Of a stretch of DNA of 64,000 nucleotides, positions 56,278 through 64,000 are shown piece after piece. The number at the start of each line of letters is the position of its first letter. Position 1 is the first letter of the stretch. The stretch covers positions 744,001 through 808,000 of the forward strand of contig OX597828.1 in assembly GCA_951406725.2 (NCBI GenBank). The letters run 5' to 3'. Both the position numbers and the translations under genes were made by a program. A model generated the notes under the pieces. That model did no database searches. It was not told where the DNA came from and saw only the letters and a program-made list of their open reading frames with translations. This stretch comes from Octopus vulgaris. Taxonomy: Eukaryota.

Positions 56278-58015
56278 GATGGATAATAAAAAATTAAATT
56301 AAAGAAAAGACTATTGTCTATAAAGTATGTAGAGAAAAAAGGTCGTGTTTTTTTCGGCTCCTGAAATTCGGTAAAAAAGAACAAAAAGCGTTGTTGTTGT
56401 TGTGGAAATTCTGAACGGCGTTGATGCGGTTTCGCGTCTCACTGGTTCTGCGCGTTACACTTTTTCGGTTCGGGAGGCCGTTTTTCGGTCTGAGGCGACT
56501 ATGAGCCGCCTACATCAAGCGGAGGAGATGGAAGGGAGAAATTACTCTGAAATTTCGACGGAAGTATCGACATCTGAGGAGGAGTTGGCGGTGAAAAAGA
56601 TGGAAGGCACCTACGCAGGTGTAACGAAGAAGTCAACGGAAAGAGAGATAGACCTGGCTAAGTTGGCGGGCCTCCAGGAGTTTGTGAAGGAGGACGAGAA
56701 CGGTGAAGTCGAGCTGCTGAATCCAGTAGGGCGCGGAGACTGGTTCCATCGTAGAACCATTAAATATAAAGTATTTATGAATGGAGGTAGAAAGATGGAA
56801 GTAATTAACATGGAAGCAATTGAAGAGGCTCTCAAGCAGACAGGAGAGGAAATTGTGTACATGACAAAAGGATTACAATACGGAACCATAACGGTGCAAT
56901 TTAAAAGTGAAAAAGCAGCCAGGAATGTAGCAGCCAAGGTGGTGAGTACAGAAAAGATTTACTTGTTACCCTCGTATCTGAATAGGCGGACAACCAGAAT
57001 TAGGGTGGAGGGAATACCTCCACACCTAGAGGGCGAATTAATAACGGCTGCGGTTATAAAAGGAAATGAAGATAAAGTGGACATCCTCCACGCCATTATG
57101 AAGTATGAAGGCGTGAGAGGTGCCACACTAGTTATGAACATTCAAACGGAGGCGGATGTTATAGAGAGGATTACGGACAGCATAAAAACTGGAAATATTA
57201 TTATGAGAGTGTGGGTGGAGGGTAGGGCGCCCAGGTGCTACAAGTGTGGCCAGAGGGGTCACATAAGAGCCTACTGCCCTCCCCCACCAAAGGAAAAAGA
57301 AAAGGAAAGCGTTGAGGAAGCCTCAAGAGAGGAAGAAAATAAACAGAAACAAACAGAGAAGGAAACGACAGAAGAAGAGGAGATGCAACAAGAGTGGAAA
57401 GAAGGGGGAACAAAGAGAAAAAGAAGGAAAAAGAAAAACTGTGCGAAGCCCCAACCCACCCCGACACCACCCATACCCTTGGAGTCCCATCCTTCCCCTG
57501 CAAACAGTGATTCCACCCACTCCCCTCCAACAAGAAAACAAAAAAAAATTAACACAGACAGACAAGAGACTGAAAGCGAACCCAGGCCGAACATTTGTAT
57601 TATGACAGAACAGGAAGAGGTTAAAAGGGTAATGGAAGGGTATACATGGTGCGATTCAGGTGTGACCAGGTGTGCAGTGATTGAAAAGGAGCGAATAGAT
57701 GAGTTTATGAGAAGGTGCGAAAGGGAGAATTGGGAGGTGGAAGAGATGAGTCTGAGTGATGAATCCGTGAAAAATATGGAGAATCGTTTTGAAGTGAGAA
57801 TGGAGAATATCGGTTTTATTATTGGAAATTGGAGTGACGGCGAAAACCAAAGGACAGGTAAGTGATGCTAACGGATGGGGCCTTTAGCATCGCTTTCATA
57901 TTATCATTTTTTCATGTAACAATTCATCCTTCATAAATTTAATTATAATGTTCTATGTCCCCATGTCTTGTAATGTCCCCCTCTTCGTTGGCCCCTTGTG
58001 GGTAATAAAGAATCA
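56278..58015 (+). mobile_element. ORF1-only element, array unit 1 (distinct subfamily)
   Basis: Leader, ORF, then 3' UTR ending GGGTAATAAAGAATCA; 5' boundary uncertain. Confidence 0.85.
56501..57865 (+). CDS. Tx1/L1-type ORF1 CCHC protein, intact, 454 aa from first ATG
   Basis: RVWVEGRAPRCYKCGQRGHIRAYC; ends QRTGK*. Confidence 0.85.
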   Translation: MSRLHQAEEMEGRNYSEISTEVSTSEEELAVKKMEGTYAGVTKKSTEREIDLAKLAGLQEFVKEDENGEVELLNPVGRGDWFHRRTIKYKVFMNGGRKMEVINMEAIEEALKQTGEEIVYMTKGLQYGTITVQFKSEKAARNVAAKVVSTEKIYLLPSYLNRRTTRIRVEGIPPHLEGELITAAVIKGNEDKVDILHAIMKYEGVRGATLVMNIQTEADVIERITDSIKTGNIIMRVWVEGRAPRCYKCGQRGHIRAYCPPPPKEKEKESVEEASREEENKQKQTEKETTEEEEMQQEWKEGGTKRKRRKKKNCAKPQPTPTPPIPLESHPSPANSDSTHSPPTRKQKKINTDRQETESEPRPNICIMTEQEEVKRVMEGYTWCDSGVTRCAVIEKERIDEFMRRCERENWEVEEMSLSDESVKNMENRFEVRMENIGFIIGNWSDGENQRTGK

Positions 58016-59777
58016 ATTGTCTATAAAGTATACAATGTAGAGAAAGGTCGCGTTTTTTTCGGCTCCTGAAAATTCGGTAAAAAAGAACAAAAAGCGTTGT
58101 TGTTGTTGTGGAAATTCTGAACGGCGTTGACGCGGTTTCGCGTTTCGCTCGTTCAGCGCGTTACACTTTTTCTGTTTTGGCGGCCGTTTTCGGTCTGTCA
58201 GACAGAAGGAAATGGACTATGAGTCTTTAACAGACTTGTCCACGACAGATGAGGAACTGGAACAGGCAATTGCAATGAAGCTGATGGAAGAAAAGGCTGG
58301 AGTTTTCGAGTCTTTATCAGACTTGCCTACGTCTGAGAAGGAGCTAGAAACGGCAGCAAGGGAATTGGAAGAGAAGCTGGGTTATACCTATGCCGGTGTA
58401 ACCAAGAAGGCGGAAGAAAAGGGGTCGACATGGCCAAGTTGCCAAGTTACCAGAAATACATGAAAAAGGAAAGCGGTGAGGTGGAACTATCACCGACACC
58501 CAGGAGAAAAGAATGGTATGATAAGAGGACCATTGTTTACAGGGTGTTCGCAAACGAAAGGAAGAGGGTAGAAGTTGTAACCATGGAATGGATAGAGGAA
58601 GCCCTGCGAAGAACTGAGGAGGAAATAAATTTTCTGACTCGAGGATCCAAGTACGGGACCGTAGTTGTGCACTTTGAAGGTGAATCTGCAGCGAGGAGGA
58701 TGGCAGCGAGGGCGGTGAGGTCGGAAAGGGTAACACTGTTACCTACGTATTTAAACAGGAGGATTGCACGAATGAGGGTGGAGGGAGTGCCACCAAGCGT
58801 GGAGGCAGAATGGATTGTGGCGGCTGTGATCAGCGGCCACGAGGACGAAGTGGATATTCTCCATGCCTCGGTTAAGTCCGAGGGCTGGAGAGGCGTAACA
58901 GTGGAGCTGAACGTACAGGCAGAGACCGAGGTACTGGTGGACCTGACGGAAGGCATCAGACTGGGAGAAGTGATCATGAGAGTGTGGGTGGAGGGCAGGG
59001 CTCCACGTTGTTACAAGTGTGGCCTGAGGGGTCACATAAGAGCCTTCTGCCCTCCCCCAGGGAAAGAAATGGATCCCGAACCAGAGAGAGAGAAGCAGAA
59101 ACCAGAGGAGAAGGAAACAGAGGAGGAGAATACACAGAAATGGAAGGAAGCTGGAAGTAAGAGGAAGAGAAGAATACGTGGAAAAGAAAATAATATGGAA
59201 CTCCAATCCGCCCCAAAGCCACCCACGCCCTCTGAGTCCCACCCTATCCATGCAGACATTGAACCCACCCGCTCCCCCCAACAAGAAAACAAAAGAAGAA
59301 AAAGAATACACACACACAAGAGATTGAAATCGATATCAGGCCGTACATTTGTACTATGACTGAACAGAAAGAAGTTAGAAGTCTAATGGAAGAGTATAAA
59401 TGGTATGATGTTGGTGAGACTAGGTATGCTGTGATTGAAAGGAAGAACATAGGTGACTTTATGGTGATGTGTGAATGCGAGAATTGGGAGGTGAAAGATA
59501 TAAGAATGAGCGATGAATTCGTGGAAAGTATGGATGAGTATTTCGGAGTAAGAATGGATATGGAATTTATTCGTATTGGCAAGGAACATTCAAGTGACTA
59601 TGAAAAGCAAAGGACAGGTAAGTGATGCTGACGGACGGGGCCGTTGGTATCGCTTTCATTTAATCATTTTTTCGTTTAACAGTTCATTTTCATAAAGTTT
59701 AATTATAGTGTTCTATGTCCCCATGTTTTGTTATGTCCGCCATTCTTCGTAGCCCCTTAGTGGGTAATAAAAAAAAG
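58016..59777 (+). mobile_element. ORF1-only element, array unit 2 (ORF 58212-59625 with frameshifts)
   Basis: Starts ATTGTCTATAAAG directly after unit 1; ORF split across 58212-58463, 58430-59359 and 59356-59625. Confidence 0.88.
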
Positions 59778-61577
59778 AGATGGATAATAAAAAATTAAAT
59801 TAAAGAAAAGACTATTGTCTATAAAGTATACAATGTAGAGAAAGGTCGCGTTTTTTCGGCTCCTGAAAATTCGGTAAAAAAGAACAAAAAGCGTTGTTGT
59901 TGTTGTGGAAATTCTGAACGGCGTTGACGCGGTTTCGCGTTTCGCTCGTTCAGCGCGTTACACTTTTTCTGTTTTGGCGGCCGTTTTCGGTCTGTCAGAC
60001 AGAAGGAAATGGACTATGAGTCTTTAACAGACTTGTCCACGACAGATGAGGAACTGGAACAGGCAATTGCAGTAAAGCTGATGGAGGAAAAGGCTGGAGT
60101 TTTCGAGTCTTTATCAGACTTGTATATCTGAGGAGGAGCTAGAAATAGCAGTGAGGAAAATGGATCAGAAGCTGGGTTATACCTATGCCGGTGTAACCAA
60201 GAAGGCGGAAGAGAAAGGGGTCGACATGGCCAAGTTGCCAAGTTACCAGAAATACATGAAAAAGGAAAGCGGTGAGGTGGAACTATCACCGACACCCAGG
60301 AGAAAAGAATGGTATGATAAGAGGACCATTGTTTACAGGGTGTTCGCAAACGAAAGGAAGAGGGTAGAAGTTGTAACCATGGAATGGATAGAGGAAGCCC
60401 TGCGAAGAACTGAGGAGGAAATAAATTTTCTGACTCGAGGATCCAAGTACGGGACCGTAGTTGTGCACTTTAAAAGTGAATCTGTAGCGAGGAAGATGGC
60501 AGCGAAGGCGGTGAAGTCGGAAAAGGTAACACTGTTACCTACGTATTTAAACAGGAGGATTACACGAATAAGGGTGGAGGGAGTGCCACCAAACGTGGAG
60601 GCAGAATGGATTGTGGCGGCTGTGATCAGCGGCCACGAGGACGAAGTGGATATTCTCCATGCCTCGGTTAAGTCCGAGGGCTGGAGAGGCGTAACAGTGG
60701 AGCTGAACGTACAGGCAGAGACCGAGGTACTGGTGGACCTGACGGAAAGCATCAGACTGGGAGAAGTGATCATGAGAGTGTGGGTGGAGGGCAGGGCTCC
60801 ACGTTGTTACAAGTGTGGCCTGAGGGGTCACATAAGAGCCTTCTGCCCTCCCCCAGGGAAAGAAATGGATCCCGAACCAGAGAGAGAGAAGCAGAAACCA
60901 GAGGAGAAGGAAACAGAGGAAGAGAATACACAGAAATGGAAGGAAGCTGGAAGTAAGAGGAAGAGAAGAATATGTGGAAAAAAAGAAAATAATATGGAAC
61001 TCCAATCTACCCCAAAACCTCCCACACCCTCTGAGTCCCACCCTATCCATGCAGACATTGAACCCACCCGCTCCCCCCCAACAAGAAAACAAAAGGAAAA
61101 AAAGAATACACACACACAAGAGATTGAAATCGAACCCAGGCCGTACATTTGTACTATGACTGAACAGAGGGAAGTTAAAAGTCTAATGGAAGAGTATAAA
61201 CGGTATGATGTTGGAGAGACTAGGTATGCTGTGATTGAAAAGAAGAACATAGGTGAGTTTATGGGGAGGTGTGAAAGGGAGAATTGGGAGGTGAAAGATA
61301 TAAGAATGAGCGATGAATTCGTGGAAAATATGAATGAGTATTTCGGAGTAAGAATGGATATGGAATTTATTCGTATTGGCAAAGAACATTCAAGTGACTA
61401 TGAAAAACAAAGGACAGGTAAGTGATGCTGACGGACGGGGCCGTTGGTATCGCTTTCATTTTATCATTTTTTTTCGTTTAACAATACATGTTCATAAAGT
61501 TTAATTATAATGTTCTATGTCCCCATGTCTTTTGTTGTCCCCCTCTGTGTCGCCCCTTAGTGGGTAATAAAAAATCA
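59778..61577 (+). mobile_element. ORF1-only element, array unit 3 (ATG 60009, small deletion ~60122; long frame 60151-61425)
   Basis: Starts AGATGGATAATAAAAAATT; ends GGGTAATAAAAAATCA. Confidence 0.88.
60151..61425 (+). CDS. ORF1 CCHC protein of unit 3, N-terminally disrupted
   Basis: 424-aa open frame containing CYKCGLRGHIRAFC. Confidence 0.7.
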   Translation: MRKMDQKLGYTYAGVTKKAEEKGVDMAKLPSYQKYMKKESGEVELSPTPRRKEWYDKRTIVYRVFANERKRVEVVTMEWIEEALRRTEEEINFLTRGSKYGTVVVHFKSESVARKMAAKAVKSEKVTLLPTYLNRRITRIRVEGVPPNVEAEWIVAAVISGHEDEVDILHASVKSEGWRGVTVELNVQAETEVLVDLTESIRLGEVIMRVWVEGRAPRCYKCGLRGHIRAFCPPPGKEMDPEPEREKQKPEEKETEEENTQKWKEAGSKRKRRICGKKENNMELQSTPKPPTPSESHPIHADIEPTRSPPTRKQKEKKNTHTQEIEIEPRPYICTMTEQREVKSLMEEYKRYDVGETRYAVIEKKNIGEFMGRCERENWEVKDIRMSDEFVENMNEYFGVRMDMEFIRIGKEHSSDYEKQRTGK

Positions 61578-63295
61578 GCTCCTGAAAATTCGGTAAAAAA
61601 GAACAAAAAGCGTTGTTGTTGTGGAAATTCTGAACGGCGTTGACGCGGTTTCGCGTTTCGCTCGTTCAGCGCGTTACACTTTTTCTGTTTTGGCGGCCGT
61701 TTTCGGTCTGTCAGACAGAAGGAAATGGACTATGAGTCTCTAACAGACTTGTCCACGACGGATGAGGAACTGGAACAGGCAATTGCAGTGAAGCTGATGG
61801 AGGAAAAGGCTGGAGTTTTCGAGTCTTTATCAGACTTGCCTACGTCTGAGAAGGAGCTAGAAATGGCAGCAAGGAAATTGGAAGACAAGCTGAGTTATAC
61901 CTATGCCGGTGTAACCAAGAAGGCGGAAGAGAAAGGGGTCGACATGGCCAAGTTGCCAAGTTACCAGAAATACATGAAAAAGGAAAGCGGTGAGGTGGAA
62001 CTATCACCGACACCCAGGAGAAAAGAATGGTATGATAAGAGGACCATTGTTTACAGGGTGTGCGCAAACGAAAGGAAGAGGGTAGAAGTTGTATCCATGG
62101 AATGGATAGAGGAAGCCCTGCGAAGAACTGAGGAGGAAATAAATTTTCTGACTCGAGGATCCAAGTACGGGACCGTAGTTGTGCACTTTAAAAGTGAATC
62201 TGCAGCGAGGAAGATGGCAGCGAAGGCGGTGAAGTCGGAAAAGGTAACACTGTTACCTACGTATTTAAACAGGAGGATTACACGAATAAGGGTGGAGGGA
62301 GTGCCACCAAACGTGGAGGCAGAATGGATTGTGGCGGCTGTGATCAGCGGCCACGAGGACGAAGTGGATATTCTCCATGCCTCGGTTAAGTCCGAGGGCT
62401 GGAGAGGCGTAACAGTGGAGCTGAACGTACAGGCAGAGACCGAGGTACTGGTGGACCTGACGGAAAGCATCAGACTGGGAGAAGTGATCATGAGAGTGTG
62501 GGTGGAGGGCAGGGCTCCACGTTGTTACAAGTGTGGCCTGAGGGGTCACATAAGAGCCTTCTGCCCTCCCCCAGGGAAAGAAATGGATCCCGAACCAGAG
62601 AGAGAGAAGCAGAAACCAGAGGAGAAGGAAACAGAGGAAGAGAATACACAGAAATGGAAGGAAGCTGGAAGTAAGAGGAAGAGAAGAATATGTGGAAAAA
62701 AAGAAAATAATATGGAACTCCAATCTACCCCAAAACCTCCCACACCCTCTGAGTCCCACCCTATCCATGCAGACATTGAACCCACCCGCTCCCCCCCAAC
62801 AAGAAAACAAAAGAAAAAAAAGAATACACACACACAAGAGATTGAAATCGAACCCAGGCCGTACATTTGTACTATGACTGAACAGAGGAAGTTAAAAGTC
62901 TAATGGAAGAGTATAAACGGTATGATGTTGGAGAGACTAGGTATGCTGTGATTGAAAAGAAGAACATAGGTGAGTTTATGGGGAGGTGTGAAAGGGAGAA
63001 TTGGGAGGTGAAAGATATAAGAATGAGCGATGAATTCGTGGAAAATATGAATGAGTATTTCGGAGTAAGAATGGATATGGAATTTATTCGTATTGGCAAA
63101 GAACATTCAAGTGACTATGAAAAACAAAGGACAGGTAAGTGATGCTGACGGACGGGGCCGTTGGTATCGCTTTCATTTTATCATTTTTTTCGTTTAACAC
63201 TTCATGTTCATATAGTTTAATTATAATGTTCTATGTCCCCATGTTTTGTGATGTCCGGCACTCTTCGTAGCCCCTTAGTGGGTAATAAAGAAATA
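61578..63295 (+). mobile_element. ORF1-only element, array unit 4 (ORF 61725-63142, one frameshift ~62888)
   Basis: Starts GCTCCTGAAAATTCGG; ends GGGTAATAAAGAAATA. Confidence 0.88.
61725..63142 (+). CDS. ORF1 CCHC protein of unit 4 (single 1-nt deletion, possibly a sequencing error)
   Basis: Frames 61725-62903 and 62903-63142 together are colinear with unit 3. Confidence 0.7.
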
Positions 63296-64000
63296 CGTTT
63301 TTTTTCGGCTCCTGAAATTCGGTAAAAAAGAACAAAAAGCGTTGTTGTTGTTGTGGAAATTCTGAACGGCGTTGACGCGGTTTCGCGTTTCGCTCGTTCA
63401 GCGCGTTACACTTTTTCTGTTTTGGCGGCCGTTCTCGGTCTGTCAGACAGAAGGAAATGGACTATGAGTCTCTAACAGACTTGTCCACGACAGATGAGGA
63501 ACTGGAACAGGCAATTGCAATGAAGCTGATGGAAGAAAAGGCTGGAATTTTCGAGTCTTTATCAGACCTGCCTACGTCTGAGAAAGAGCTAGAAATGGCA
63601 GCAAGGAATTTGGAAGAGAAGCTGGGTTATACCTATGCCGGTGTAACCAAGAAGGCGGAAGAGAAAGGGGTAGACATGGCCAAGTTGCCAAGTTACCAGA
63701 AATACATGAAAAAGGAAAGCGGTGAGGTGGAACTATCACCGACACCCAGGAGAAAGGAATGGTATGATAAGAGGACCATTATTTACAGGGTGTTCGCAAA
63801 CGAAAGGAAGAGGGTAGAAGTTGTAACCATGGAATGGATAGAGGAGGCCCTGCGAAGAACTGAGGAGGAAATAAATTTTCTGACTCGAGGATCCAAGTAC
63901 GGTACCGTAGTTGTGCATTTCAAAACTGAGTCTGCAGCGAGGAAGATGGCGGCGAAGGCGGTGAAGTCAGAAAAGGTAACCCTATTACCTACGTATTTAA
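63296..64000 (+). mobile_element. ORF1-only element, array unit 5 (ATG 63457, runs off the window)
   Basis: Starts CGTTTTTTTTCGGCTCC; MDYESLTDLS... frame open to the window end. Confidence 0.88.

Noticed and set aside
56278-64000. Reading the array as a tandem host gene family or LTR/endogenous retrovirus
   Set aside because: No introns, LTRs, PBS or pol; TSD-bounded solo homologues inside other TEs indicate mobility; the unique junctions argue against simple gene duplication. Domestication is not formally excluded.

Overview
Repeat-dense, AT-rich animal genomic DNA, most likely a coleoid cephalopod such as Octopus. That assignment is inferred only from the tRNA-derived SINE family and the extreme (TA)n/(CA)n load. 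The window lies inside one large + strand host gene: 12 phase-compatible GT-AG exons (3142-55022, 1497 nt, about 499 codons) encode part of a WD40-repeat protein. Its introns hold mariner copies, Helitrons, CR1-group, RTE and R4-like LINE remnants, Penelope-like fragments with fold-back ends and hammerhead-like motifs, SINEs and a Gypsy remnant. The most unusual signal is a family of ~1.7-1.8 kb retroelements encoding only a Tx1/L1-type CCHC zinc-knuckle ORF1, with no RT or endonuclease. It occurs as two solo copies with clean target-site duplications (503-2179, 49721-51550), as a head-to-tail array of at least 5 non-identical units with variable 5' ends (from ~56278 past the window end), and as a fragment of a more distant relative on the - strand. 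The copies share a covarying 3' RNA structure and lack a poly(A) tail. Most also carry a perfect 5' splice-site/U1 motif at the ORF end. The array leader appears to contain a captured piece of the relative's ORF1.
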